A stretch of 64,000 nucleotides of DNA from Smithella sp. (GTDB lineage: Bacteria > Desulfobacterota > Syntrophia > Syntrophales > Smithellaceae): assembly GCA_012510495.1 (NCBI GenBank), contig JAAZHX010000152.1, positions 14,857-78,856 on the forward strand. The letters are read 5' to 3'. Every line of letters starts with the position of its first letter. Position 1 is the stretch's first letter. Below are positions 10,332 through 19,783 of the stretch, one piece after another. The notes under the pieces are model-generated. The model had not been told where the DNA came from, ran no database searches, and was given only the letters and a program-made list of their open reading frames with translations. The translations under genes and the position numbers were made by a program.

Positions 10332-10718
10332 TTATCCAGGGGAAATAAAGTCGAAAGCGTTGCGAATCAGACGGATGTCGTTTCCGGACGGAAGCAGCAG
10401 TATGGCCACCACGTCGAAGCGGACGGCGGCGTCTTTGATCTTTTTGTCCCGCAGATACCACAGCGCCAGCTGCGACATTTTTTTCTGTTTGGCAAATCCC
10501 ACCGCCTGCTCCGGGTACCCCAGTGCGCTCGATTTTCGCGTCTTGACTTCCACAAACACGATTTCGCCGCTCTCGCTGGCGACCATGTCGATCTCGCCGA
10601 TGGGACAGCGGTAATTGACCTCGAGAATCCGATAGCCGTTTTGCGTCAAAAAACCGGCGGCAATTCCTTCTCCGGTTTTGCCGGTGATGATTTTTCGCCT
10701 GTCTTTCCCATCGTTCAT
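10332..10718 (-). CDS. yraN: YraN family endonuclease-like protein (UPF0102)
   Basis: 128 aa; GEGIAAGFLTQNGYRILEVNYRCPIGEIDMVA...IVFVEVKTR; conserved position downstream of rnhB. Confidence 0.85.
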   Translation of the reverse strand: MNDGKDRRKIITGKTGEGIAAGFLTQNGYRILEVNYRCPIGEIDMVASESGEIVFVEVKTRKSSALGYPEQAVGFAKQKKMSQLALWYLRDKKIKDAAVRFDVVAILLLPSGNDIRLIRNAFDFISPG

Positions 10719-11338
10719 TCGGGCCAGTCCAGCGTCTGCTGCGGGAAATTTTTGTTTTTTACATGAAAGGACCGGCGATGTATTTTACACAGGCCGATCT
10801 CTTCGATGACCTTGCGGTGGAAGGCCGTGCCGTAGCCTTTATTCTGCAAAAAATTGTACTCGGGGAATTGGCGGTGATACATCTCCATGATCCGGTCGCG
10901 GGAAACCTTGGCTATGATGGATGCAGCGGCAATGGACACGCTGAGTGAATCTCCTTTGACGATTGTCTTTTGCGGCGCGTCGAAGCCGATCGCGTGGAGT
11001 CCGTCAATCAGGAGATAATCCGGTTTCACTGAAAGATCCAGCACCGCTTCGCGCATCGCCTGAAGCGACGCCTGAAGGATATTGATCCGGTCGATGACAT
11101 CCGCCTCTACAACACCGACTCCCACAACCATCGCCTCTTCGGTGATGACCTGGTAGAGCTCGTCTCTTTTGCGAACTGTCAGTTTTTTGGAATCGTTGAT
11201 TTTAGAATTGGAATAGTCGGGAGGAAAAATCACGGCCGCGGCCACCACAGGACCCGCCAGCGGGCCCCGGCCCGCTTCGTCAACGCCCGCGACGTATCGA
11301 TAGCCTTCCACCTGCGCAAGTTTTTCGAAGATATTCAT
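10715..11338 (-). CDS. rnhB: ribonuclease HII
   Basis: 207 aa; VAGVDEAGRGPLAGPVVAAAV...DSKKL, RNase HII motifs. Confidence 0.95.
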   Translation of the reverse strand: MNIFEKLAQVEGYRYVAGVDEAGRGPLAGPVVAAAVIFPPDYSNSKINDSKKLTVRKRDELYQVITEEAMVVGVGVVEADVIDRINILQASLQAMREAVLDLSVKPDYLLIDGLHAIGFDAPQKTIVKGDSLSVSIAAASIIAKVSRDRIMEMYHRQFPEYNFLQNKGYGTAFHRKVIEEIGLCKIHRRSFHVKNKNFPQQTLDWPE

Positions 11339-11365
11339 CGAAAAAACGCACCCGTCTTTACGGCA

Positions 11366-11713
11366 TCATCTGTTGGCGGCTTCCTTGATTCTCGCCTTTT
11401 TCCCCCGGAGGCTTCTCAGATAATACAGACGCGAGCGGCGGACTACTCCGTGAGACACGACTTCAATGCGGTCAATCACCGGCGAATGCATGGGAAATGT
11501 TCTTTCAACGCCAATGCCGTAGGAAACCTTTCGGACCGTGAAATTCGCCCGGCTGTTGCCGCGGCGCTTGCGGATGACCACGCCTTCGAAAGCCTGAACT
11601 CTCTGCTTTTGCCCTTCAATGATCCGCACATATACTTTAACGGTGTCACCCGTTTTAAAGGCGGGAATATCGCCTCTCATCTCTTCTTTTTCAATTATTT
11701 CCAATACATTCAT
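11366..11713 (-). CDS. rplS: 50S ribosomal protein L19
   Basis: Only the last 115 aa of the 242-aa track ORF are L19-like ([34 protein letters not shown]...). The start is therefore set at ATG 11713. Confidence 0.95.
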   Translation of the reverse strand: MNVLEIIEKEEMRGDIPAFKTGDTVKVYVRIIEGQKQRVQAFEGVVIRKRRGNSRANFTVRKVSYGIGVERTFPMHSPVIDRIEVVSHGVVRRSRLYYLRSLRGKKARIKEAANR

Positions 11714-11804
11714 GTTCTTTTCCTCCTGCAACTTTCGAAAGTCGAATGACCCCGCCTGATAAAAGTGGGTTTCATTACCCCAAACCCGCCTGAAAATCAA
11801 GACT

Positions 11805-12542
11805 TTATATCCGACCCTGTTTAATTTCTTCCAAAAGCTTCCTGTCTTCCGAGCCAAGCTCCGTTTTTTCAAGCAGCTCAGGCCTTCTGCGCCAGGTCCG
11901 GCGAAGCGCCTCGATTCGCTGCCAGCGCTCGATCCGGGCATGGTTGCCGGATTGCAGCACCTCCGGAACCTGCCAGCCGGAATATTGGACCGGACGTGTG
12001 TATTGCGGGTATTCCAGAAGCCCCTGCGAAAAAGATTCCCTGGATGCGGAATCGTCATTTCCCAGCACGCCGGGAACCAGTCTGGCGGTCGCATCGATGA
12101 CCACCAGCGCGGAAAGCTCTCCCCCCGTCAGAATATAGTCGCCCAGTGAGATCTCCCGGTCGGCCAGGTGTTCCCGAACCCGCTCGTCAACCCCTTCATA
12201 TCGTCCGCAAATCAGGATAATCTGCTCGAGCCTCGCAAGCTCGGCCGCTATATTCTGGTTGAAGACTTCCCCTTGGGGCGTCATCAGCACAACCAACGAA
12301 GCCTCTCCAGGCTGTTTCACCGCCGCCACCGCCCGCGCTACCGGCTCGACTTTCATGACCATTCCGCAGCCCCCTCCGTAGGGAGCATCATCCGTCATAC
12401 GGTGCTTGTCTTGCGCCCAATCGCGGATATTGTGCAGACCGATCTCGATCAATCCCTTTTCCCGGGCCTTTTTCAAAAGGCTGAATTCCAGGGGCGATTG
12501 CAGCATCTCCGGAAAAATGGTCAGGACATCGAATCGAATCAC
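11805..12542 (-). CDS. trmD: tRNA (guanine37-N1)-methyltransferase
   Basis: 245 aa; [13 protein letters not shown]...[14 protein letters not shown]...[12 protein letters not shown]. Confidence 0.95.
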   Translation of the reverse strand: MIRFDVLTIFPEMLQSPLEFSLLKKAREKGLIEIGLHNIRDWAQDKHRMTDDAPYGGGCGMVMKVEPVARAVAAVKQPGEASLVVLMTPQGEVFNQNIAAELARLEQIILICGRYEGVDERVREHLADREISLGDYILTGGELSALVVIDATARLVPGVLGNDDSASRESFSQGLLEYPQYTRPVQYSGWQVPEVLQSGNHARIERWQRIEALRRTWRRRPELLEKTELGSEDRKLLEEIKQGRI

Positions 12543-13045
12543 GGCAAGAGGCCTTTCAGAAGATTGACGATCATTTTCTTCCCGGCAACGTCAACCTGCT
12601 CCACAACGCCGGCCGTCGCGGGAATCAGAATTTCTCCATGGTCTCCCCGGCAGACATAAACATCATTGCTGCCCGTAGGGAAAATGGCTTCGATGCGTCC
12701 CAGGTGACGGCCTTCCTGCGCATAGACTTCCAATCCGATGATGTCGTGCCAGTAATACTCATCCGCGGGGAGAGACTCCAGCCTGTCCCGGGGCATCAGC
12801 AGCTTTGACCCGACGAGCTTTCGGGCCAAATCCGCATTGGAGATGTCCGTGAACTCTATAAACAGAAATTTACCGAAAGAAGTTATTTTTTTTATTTCAT
12901 GACGGCTTTTCAAACCGGACGCGGATTCCAGGCAAACAAACTTCAATCCTTCCAGAAGCTTTGCCGATTCTAAAAAAGACAGGGCCTTCACACAGCCGTG
13001 GAGACCGCGGGTTTTGACGATCTCCCCGAACACAAAATCATCCAT
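12539..13045 (-). CDS. rimM: 16S rRNA processing protein RimM
   Basis: 168 aa with a PRC-barrel C-terminus; overlaps trmD by 4 nt in the conserved operon. Confidence 0.9.
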   Translation of the reverse strand: MDDFVFGEIVKTRGLHGCVKALSFLESAKLLEGLKFVCLESASGLKSRHEIKKITSFGKFLFIEFTDISNADLARKLVGSKLLMPRDRLESLPADEYYWHDIIGLEVYAQEGRHLGRIEAIFPTGSNDVYVCRGDHGEILIPATAGVVEQVDVAGKKMIVNLLKGLLP

Positions 13046-13047
13046 CT

Positions 13048-13278
13048 TTATTCAATGATTTCCAGCACCGCGCGTTTGTGGACTTTGGCGGATGTGGCGC
13101 TCAAAATGGTGCGGATGGCTTTGGCCGTCCTTCCCTGCTTGCCGATGACTTTTCCCAAATCCTCTTTGGCCACACGCAGTTCAATAACGGACGTCTGCTC
13201 GCCGATAACTTCCGTTACTTCCACCTGATCAGGATTATCAACCAAAGCTTGAGAAATATACTTAATCAGATCCTTCAT
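13048..13278 (-). CDS. KH-domain RNA-binding protein (UPF0109/YlqC-like)
   Basis: [21 protein letters not shown]...[22 protein letters not shown] (GxxG KH motif). ATG 13278 is preceded by GGAGGGG. Confidence 0.8.
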   Translation of the reverse strand: MKDLIKYISQALVDNPDQVEVTEVIGEQTSVIELRVAKEDLGKVIGKQGRTAKAIRTILSATSAKVHKRAVLEIIE

Positions 13279-13405
13279 CGTCAGCCCCTCCACTGGTTTT
13301 GGTTAATGCATCTGAAAATTCATTTCAACATTCGCATACTTTTCCGGTTCCGCGAGGTGAAGTTCTAATCTTGTATCTTGTACAATAGGACCGGCGGCAG
13401 CCCTG

Positions 13406-13660
13406 CTATTTTACGGCGGCGACGATGCCTTTTGTTTTCAGCAAATGGGAAACGGTCAGCGTCGGCTTCGCGCCTTTGGACAGCCAGTCGCGAACCCGGT
13501 CTTCCTTGACCGTTACTTCCGCCGGATTCTTTTTGGGATCATAAACTCCCAAGATCTCAAGAAATCTTCCGTCACGGGGGAATGCTTTGTCTGCGGCGAC
13601 GATGCGATAAAACGGTTTGCCTTTCGCACCCATGCGGGTTAATCGAATTTTAACTGCCAT
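13406..13660 (-). CDS. rpsP: 30S ribosomal protein S16
   Basis: 84 aa, [24 protein letters not shown]... Confidence 0.95.
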   Translation of the reverse strand: MAVKIRLTRMGAKGKPFYRIVAADKAFPRDGRFLEILGVYDPKKNPAEVTVKEDRVRDWLSKGAKPTLTVSHLLKTKGIVAAVK

Positions 13661-13724
13661 GTAGTTTTACTCTCATCCTCCTTCAAAAAAAATTATTTAA
13701 GTTTTTAACACAATTCATTTGCTT

Positions 13725-15053
13725 TTAAAAGGGAAAATTCCTCATCAAAGTTTTCATGCCGCCTTTGGAGTTTATTTTTTTCATCATTTTCCGAATCTCG
13801 ATGTAATTTTTCAGCAGCCGGTTGACGTCCTGAACCTTTGTTCCGCTGCCCAGGGCTATTCTTTTACGCCTGCGGCCGTCGATCATCAGATAATTGTCGC
13901 GCTCTTTCTTCGTCATGGAATCAATGATCGCCGCGATCCTCACCAGCTCCCCGTCATCCGGCTCCATGCCCTTGAGCGCTTTGATTTTGCCCATGCCCGG
14001 AATCATCCCGATCATGTCTTTGAGCGGCCCCATTTTTTTGATCTGTTTGAGCTGGTTGCGGAAATCCTCCAGCGTAAAATCGTTTTTGCGCAGACTTTCC
14101 TGCATTTGCCGGGCGGTTTTTTCATCAATGGCGGCCTGCGCTTTTTCCACCAGCGACAGAATATCCCCCATGCCGAGAATCCGGTTGGCCATCCTCTCCG
14201 GATGAAAAACCTCCAGCGCGTCCATTTTTTCGCCGACACCGACAAATTTGAGCGGCTTGCCCACAACGGCCCGCAGAGACAGGGCTGCACCGCCGCGCGC
14301 GTCGCCGTCCATTTTCGTCATGATGACGCCGTCAATACCGATCAGTTCGTTGAATTTCACTCCGACATTGACCGCATCCTGACCGGTCATCGCGTCCGCC
14401 ACATACAGAATTTCAGCCGGGTTGACCGCCGCTTTGATCCGGCGAAGCTCCTCCATCAGCAACTCGTCGATGTGCAGCCGGCCGGCCGTGTCGATCAGGA
14501 CAACCTCGTACCCTTCCCTTCGGGACTGTTCGACCGCCTCCATACAGATTTTTACGGGATCTTTCCGGGTGCCGGCATCAAAAACACCGGCCTTGATCTG
14601 CCGGCCGAGAACGGCCAGCTGTTCCATCGCCGCGGGCCGGTAAACGTCGGCGGACACCAGGTAAACCCTTTTTTCCGCCGACAGCAGACGCGCCAGCTTG
14701 GCGGCCGTGGTCGTTTTACCGCACCCCTGGAGGCCGATCAGCATAATCGGCGCAGGAATCCGCGAGCCAAACCTGATGTTGGAGCTGGTGCTGCCCATCA
14801 GTTCCACCAGGCGGGCATGCACGATCTTGACCACCTGCTGTCCGGGCGTGAGACTATCGAGCACTTCTTTGCCGACGGCGCGCAACCGGACCTCTTCAAT
14901 AAAATCCTTGACGACCTTGAAGTTCACATCCGCTTCCAGAAGCGCCATGCGGATTTCCCGAAGCGCGGCATTGACGCTTTCCTCATTGAGGACGCCGCGG
15001 CCTCTGAGTTTCTTAAAAATTCCTTCCAGTTTTTCCGAAAGACTTTCAAACAT
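13725..15053 (-). CDS. ffh: signal recognition particle protein Ffh
   Basis: 442 aa with an NG domain (GLQGCGKTTTAAKLA, DTAGRL) and a Met-rich M domain (MGPLKDMIGMIPGMG). Confidence 0.95.
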   Translation of the reverse strand: MFESLSEKLEGIFKKLRGRGVLNEESVNAALREIRMALLEADVNFKVVKDFIEEVRLRAVGKEVLDSLTPGQQVVKIVHARLVELMGSTSSNIRFGSRIPAPIMLIGLQGCGKTTTAAKLARLLSAEKRVYLVSADVYRPAAMEQLAVLGRQIKAGVFDAGTRKDPVKICMEAVEQSRREGYEVVLIDTAGRLHIDELLMEELRRIKAAVNPAEILYVADAMTGQDAVNVGVKFNELIGIDGVIMTKMDGDARGGAALSLRAVVGKPLKFVGVGEKMDALEVFHPERMANRILGMGDILSLVEKAQAAIDEKTARQMQESLRKNDFTLEDFRNQLKQIKKMGPLKDMIGMIPGMGKIKALKGMEPDDGELVRIAAIIDSMTKKERDNYLMIDGRRRKRIALGSGTKVQDVNRLLKNYIEIRKMMKKINSKGGMKTLMRNFPF

Positions 15054-15085
15054 TTTTCAAACCTTCATCTTCGCCCGGGCGACCG

Positions 15086-15835
15086 TCAGGGCCTGAGCGT
15101 ATCCGGCGCAGTCTGGCGGACAAAGCATTTCGTCCTGGCCTTTTTAGAAAGCGTATCGGCCGCTGCCGCGGCCGCGGCCTTGGAATCAAATCCCGTAGCG
15201 ATCACACGATACCACAGACCTTTCTCTTTAAGGTCCACTTTCACAACTTTCGACGCATACCCCGCCTGGGAGACAATCTTGTGAACCTGATCGGCCTTTG
15301 CCCTGTCCTTCAGGGACGCCACATACACTTGATAGGATCCGGAGGCCGGATCGGCCTGTCTGCCTTTGGATTTACTGTCAACGGCGGCCTTCTTCTGCCC
15401 CACCGCTTCGTTCTTTACCAACGCGGCTTTTTCCTTTTGGCGCAAAGACGGAGGCTGCGCCGGCAGAGCGGTATCGCCTGGCGCGAAAGCTTCAACCTCC
15501 ATCGTCTTTTTGACATCCGGCCGGGGTTGAATCGGCACGGTTTTGGAACTGGTCAGAGCCTGATGAAACGCCAGATCCACATTTCCCGTTTGGGGCTGCG
15601 TCGTCGCTTTTTGCTGCTTACTGTGGCTGACGGCAATCTTGGCGGGCCGCCAGAACAGCGCCAGGAAATGCTGCGGCAGAGAGGAAATTTTTTCAGGATA
15701 CGTGTCGATATTTTTTCCCACCCCGACCCCGAAAAGAAAGGAAGCGCAAAGAAGGATAACCATTCCGACAATCAAAACCGTTAATCCGGTCTGCCCCAGC
15801 CGGATTTCAAACTTCCTGATATTTGCCGATGCCAT
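15086..15835 (-). CDS. SPOR-domain membrane protein
   Basis: Has an N-terminal TM segment, a low-complexity linker, and a C-terminal SPOR-like region YQVYVASLKDRAKADQVHKIVSQAGYASKVVKVDLKEKGLWYRVIATGF. Confidence 0.7.
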   Translation of the reverse strand: MASANIRKFEIRLGQTGLTVLIVGMVILLCASFLFGVGVGKNIDTYPEKISSLPQHFLALFWRPAKIAVSHSKQQKATTQPQTGNVDLAFHQALTSSKTVPIQPRPDVKKTMEVEAFAPGDTALPAQPPSLRQKEKAALVKNEAVGQKKAAVDSKSKGRQADPASGSYQVYVASLKDRAKADQVHKIVSQAGYASKVVKVDLKEKGLWYRVIATGFDSKAAAAAAADTLSKKARTKCFVRQTAPDTLRP

Positions 15836-15844
15836 GGGACCTCC

Positions 15845-17509
15845 CTACATTTTCTCCGGCGCGCCCACGCCCATGATTCCGAGCGCGTTGGCCAGCACCT
15901 GGCGCAGGGCCGCCGCCAGCGTCAGACGCGCGGCCGAAAGTTCCCTATCTTCCGTAATCACCTTATGTTTATTGTAGTAGCCGTGAAACGCGCCCGCCAG
16001 CTCGTTTAAGTAAAAAGTGATGCGGTGAACCTCAAGGGTTTTGGCCGCTCCTTCCAGCATTTCGGGATAACGCGCCATCATTTTGATCAGCGTTCTTTCC
16101 TCCGGTTCGGCAAGCCGGGAGAGGTTGATCGCCGCGAAATCCGGCCGTGGCATTCCCCGCTCCCGCGCCATCCGGAGAATGCTGCAGATTCGCGCGTAGG
16201 CATACTGAACGTAGAAGACCGGATTTTCGTTGGACTGCTTTTTGGCGACTTCCAGGTCAAAATCCAGATGACTGTCCGACCGGCGCATCAGAAAATGGTA
16301 GCGCGCCGCGTCCTTTCCCACTTCGTCGAGCACTTCGCGCAAGGTGACGAATTCTCCGGCGCGGGTGGACATGGCCACCGGTTCGCCCGCTCGCAACAAA
16401 TTGACCAGTTGCACCAGAATGATTTTCAGATCGTCCCTGTCGCGTCCCAGCGCCTGAATCGCGGCCTGGAGGCGGGGGATGTATCCGTGGTGATCGGCGC
16501 CCCAGATGTCGATCAGCATGTCGAACCCGCGGGAAAACTTGTCGGCATGATAGGCGATGTCGGCCGCGAAATAGGTCGGCTCTCCGTTTTTCCGGATCAC
16601 CACCCGGTCCTTGTCGTCGCCGTAGGCGGTGGTCTTGAACCACAGTGTCCCGGCGTCGGAATAAATGAAGCCCCGCTCTTTCAGATCGTCCAGAAGACGC
16701 CCGACACCGTTTTCCCGGTATAACTTCTTCTCGCTGAAATAGCTGTCGAAGGTCACGCCGAAATCCTTCAGGTCCTGCCGGATCCCTTCCAGGATGAATC
16801 CGCCGGCGATTTCGTTGAAGCGTTGAATCCCTTCGTCCTCGTTTTCACCGGAAAAACGCTTGCCTTCCTTCCGGAAAATCTCCTCCGCGATTTCCTTGAT
16901 ATAATCTCCCCGGTAGCAGTTGGCCGGAAATTCGATTTTTTCCCCGGCCAGCTCCCGCAGACGATACAGCACGGATTTTCCCAGATTGTTCATCTGGCTT
17001 CCCGCGTCATTGATGTAATATTCCCTGGAGACGGCGTAGCCGGTTGCCGCCAGCAGATTAGACAGGACATCTCCCACCACCGCTCCCCGCGCGTGGCCGA
17101 TGTGCAGAGGTCCGGTGGGATTGGCGCTGACAAACTCCAACTGGACTCTCTTCCCTCCTCCGACAGGGGAACAGCCGTAACGGTCCTTCTGTTCCAGAAT
17201 ATCCCGCAGCACGTTGCGCCATATATCATCCCGGAGTACAAAATTCAAAAATCCGGGGCCGGCGATTTGCGCCTTTTCGAGGAGGCCTTCCGTATCCTCC
17301 AGGTTTTCCAAAATCGTCCGGGCAATCTTGCGTGGATTTTGTCTAGCCTGGGAGGCCAGAATCATGGCCGCATTGGAGGCATAGTCACCGTGTTCCGGAT
17401 TGGCCGGCACCTCGATTTCGATGCGCGACAAATCCACATCCGGCAGCAGCCCCTTACCGGCGCAGACCTCAACGGAACGGGTAATCAGGGCAATCAGCTT
17501 CTTCTTCAT
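15845..17509 (-). CDS. argS: arginine--tRNA ligase
   Basis: 554 aa with a HIGH-type motif [15 protein letters not shown] and a DALR anticodon-binding C-terminus. Confidence 0.95.
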   Translation of the reverse strand: MKKKLIALITRSVEVCAGKGLLPDVDLSRIEIEVPANPEHGDYASNAAMILASQARQNPRKIARTILENLEDTEGLLEKAQIAGPGFLNFVLRDDIWRNVLRDILEQKDRYGCSPVGGGKRVQLEFVSANPTGPLHIGHARGAVVGDVLSNLLAATGYAVSREYYINDAGSQMNNLGKSVLYRLRELAGEKIEFPANCYRGDYIKEIAEEIFRKEGKRFSGENEDEGIQRFNEIAGGFILEGIRQDLKDFGVTFDSYFSEKKLYRENGVGRLLDDLKERGFIYSDAGTLWFKTTAYGDDKDRVVIRKNGEPTYFAADIAYHADKFSRGFDMLIDIWGADHHGYIPRLQAAIQALGRDRDDLKIILVQLVNLLRAGEPVAMSTRAGEFVTLREVLDEVGKDAARYHFLMRRSDSHLDFDLEVAKKQSNENPVFYVQYAYARICSILRMARERGMPRPDFAAINLSRLAEPEERTLIKMMARYPEMLEGAAKTLEVHRITFYLNELAGAFHGYYNKHKVITEDRELSAARLTLAAALRQVLANALGIMGVGAPEKM

Positions 17510-17598
17510 GCAAACGTCTCAAAACCTTTCCTCAAAAAATAGCTGACGGCTTTTATCATTTGCCGCGCCCCACTGCAAGCTCAACCGTCAGGATTGTT

Positions 17599-17880
17599 CT
17601 AATGACCGGAATTGCGGGCAAATTGCCGGATGGCCGCAAGGAGAACCGTTTTCTTGATGGGTTTGGTCAGATGGGTATCGCAGCCCGCTTCCTCGCTTTT
17701 TGCGGCGTCTTCCCTCAGGGCATAGGCGATCAGCGCGATCACAGACGTTCGGTATCTGCCCTGCTCCTCTTCCCAACGACGGATGCGGAAATGGGGACCC
17801 TGGTTGCAGGTGTTACATTGCTGCCGGTTGCCTGATTCACAAAATGTTGTTCCTCTGCAAGGATGATTTGACGGTTTTTT
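17599..17880 (-). pseudogene. degraded response-regulator receiver domain
   Basis: The ORF frame encodes only the C-terminal half of a receiver (IRRWEEEQGRYRTSVIALIAYALREDAAKSEEAGCDTHLTKPIKKTVLLAAI). A beta1-like RQIILAEEQHFVNQ lies in a different frame at about 17867-17830. The segment that should carry the phospho-acceptor Asp is absent. Confidence 0.55.
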
Positions 17881-17946
17881 GAGAAAAATCATATGGAAAA
17901 TGGCCCCGCGTGTCAATCGAATATTCACGTTAAAGGAGACAAAAAA

Positions 17947-18171
17947 ATGAAAACAAAGATGATGGCGTTGCTGTTGATTTCATTTTTTGTTTGCCCAATG
18001 GGGACCACGCCGCCTATACCATTCATCTGAAAACCGGCAGGCGGTTCGTTACACCCCGGTACTGGGAAGATAAAGAGGGCATGATTGCCTTTTTCGTCGC
18101 GGGCGGAACGATGGGAATTGAAAAAAAATACGGTCAAAACTATTGAAAAATCAAAAATGATGAACTCGTAA
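17947..18171 (+). pseudogene. small secreted protein gene interrupted at two homopolymer runs
   Basis: AAAGGAGA SD and ATG 17947 give a signal-like MKTKMMALLLISFFVC..., with a stop at 18030. The sequence continues in another frame as AYTIHLKTGRRFVTPRYWEDKEGMIAFFVAGGTMGIEKK. After an A8 run it continues in a third frame as NTVKTIEKSK. The frame changes coincide with a T6 run (about 17984) and an A8 run (18121-18128). Confidence 0.35.
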
Positions 18172-18186
18172 AAAGTAACTCAAACC

Positions 18187-18320
18187 GTCACCCCGGCGAA
18201 TACCCTAAAGGGCACAAGTGCCGGGGTCCATAACCAACTGTAGTTGCTGGATACCGGCTTTCGCCGGTAAAACGAAAAGAGTGCGAAATTGACTTTTACA
18301 AGACCGTCAAAAATGACGGT
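18187..18320. repeat. two-hairpin intergenic repeat element, copy A
   Basis: GTCACCCCGGC-(22 nt)-GCCGGGGTCCATAACC...CTGGATACCGGC-TTTC-GCCGGTAAAACGA, then GACTTTTACAAG and ACCGTCA-AAAA-TGACGGT. The same architecture is seen at 22308-22395 and 24293-24383. Confidence 0.5.
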
Positions 18321-18451
18321 AAATTATCCGTTGCTTGGAAATAATTGAAAAGATCCCGCAGGCCATTTTACGAGCAGCGTTTTGAAAGTGATTCCGGATG
18401 CACCTGCAAGCGGCATTCGGATGATTCAGATTCGATAGGCCGGGGCTTTCT

Positions 18452-19783
18452 TTACATGACGTCCTTCCACGAAACAACGACCACCTTTTTGGAGACGAAT
18501 TTATTGTTCAGAGCCTCGTCAAAATAAAACTGTCCCGAATTATTGATGTCAATGGAACCTCCCCAGATCAGACCGTATATGTCGGCGCTGTTCTTCATCT
18601 CAATGGGTGCATAGGGCGCATAAACCACTCCTTTGAAATCGCTGCCGTTCTTGAAAATGAGACTGTCCGTGGAATTGGAAAAAATGGAAAAATCCAGCGG
18701 TGACCCTGGAACACCAGGTGTCTTTGTAACATTGATCGTAGAATTGTTTTTCAGCTCCAGCGCGCCCGTCAGGTAAATATTGACCGGACCGTCGGCGATG
18801 TTGACGTTCAGCGTCGCGCTGTTTTTCAGTGTGAGACTGGAAATGTAATAATTGGCCCCTCCCGGCTTGCCGACCAGAGTCACCACATCTTTGCCGCTCG
18901 CGTTAATGACTGTACCGGACACGCCTGAAACACCGGTCAGGGTATTATCGTTGGTTGCGCTGTACGTGGTAAACTTAGTTGCCAGTTCTCCGCCCACCGC
19001 CCCCAGCGGATCGGGATCTACACGTGCGCCCAATTTAGCCACGGATCCATGGACCTCTGATGCACTAGTGGATGTATAATTTGCATCGTGGAACTTATTA
19101 TCGCTGTCATAGTACCCCCCTCGTCTCACGTTGCCATCAATGTAGGTTTTGTTTTTCAATGAGATTCCCGTATTTGAGCCGACATCTCCTTTTTGGGTAG
19201 AACCAGACCATTTTGCTTCACCTGTCGGGTTGGGGTTCGGGGTAATAGTGGAATTGTAGCTGTAAACCTGGCCGCTGTTTTTCAAATCAACAGCGCCATC
19301 GGCAAAGAGGCCGAAGCCGCCGAACACCGGCTTCCTTTTGAAGCGCACTTCGATGGTTTTGACGGCATTGTTGTCGCCGTGACCCGTCACCTGAAAGCAA
19401 TAGGTCCCATCAACATTTGTCACGGTTACGCTGGTGGTGGTGCCTGAAACGGCGCAGCCATTGAATTTGAAATCCGCCGGACACGCTACCGAAACGGGTT
19501 GCGAATCGCCGCTGTCCGGCCAGTCGAAACTGCCCTCGTTGATTTTGGCGAGCACGACGTTGATTCCTGCTTCGGCATCGTAAAAAGCCCTGGCATTTTC
19601 CCGGTAGTTGGCGGAAATCTTCATATCCGTTGTCACGGTCAAAATACCGGTTGTTCCCAGAATCACCAGCACGGCAACGAGCATGAGTATGACCGCCATG
19701 ACCATTCCCTTTTCGTTGCGAAGAGGCGTCAAGTGTCTGCGATTCGGGAAAAATTGAATTCCGTGTTTCATAACTCCTCTCAA
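18452..19783 (-). CDS. PilX-like type IV pilus minor-pilin/assembly protein with large C-terminal repetitive beta-rich domain
   Basis: 443 aa. It has an N-terminal hydrophobic helix MVMAVILMLVAVLVILGTTGILTVTTDMKISANYRENARAFYDAEAGI (PilX N-terminal type). It is the last gene of the minor-pilin operon and overlaps the PilW-like gene by 4 nt. Confidence 0.7.
   Translation of the reverse strand: MRGVMKHGIQFFPNRRHLTPLRNEKGMVMAVILMLVAVLVILGTTGILTVTTDMKISANYRENARAFYDAEAGINVVLAKINEGSFDWPDSGDSQPVSVACPADFKFNGCAVSGTTTSVTVTNVDGTYCFQVTGHGDNNAVKTIEVRFKRKPVFGGFGLFADGAVDLKNSGQVYSYNSTITPNPNPTGEAKWSGSTQKGDVGSNTGISLKNKTYIDGNVRRGGYYDSDNKFHDANYTSTSASEVHGSVAKLGARVDPDPLGAVGGELATKFTTYSATNDNTLTGVSGVSGTVINASGKDVVTLVGKPGGANYYISSLTLKNSATLNVNIADGPVNIYLTGALELKNNSTINVTKTPGVPGSPLDFSIFSNSTDSLIFKNGSDFKGVVYAPYAPIEMKNSADIYGLIWGGSIDINNSGQFYFDEALNNKFVSKKVVVVSWKDVM

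Noticed and set aside
11714-12094. 127-codon N-terminal extension of the L19 ORF (track ORF 11366-12094)
   Set aside because: The extension overlaps the 3' end of trmD and is Arg/Pro/Gly-rich with no homology to L19. A proper ATG at 11713 gives a standard 115-aa L19.
17925-18137. 70-aa minus-strand ORF in the decay zone
   Set aside because: It is antisense to the better-supported (though frameshifted) small secreted-protein gene. It uses a TTG start, has no SD, and its sequence has low information content.
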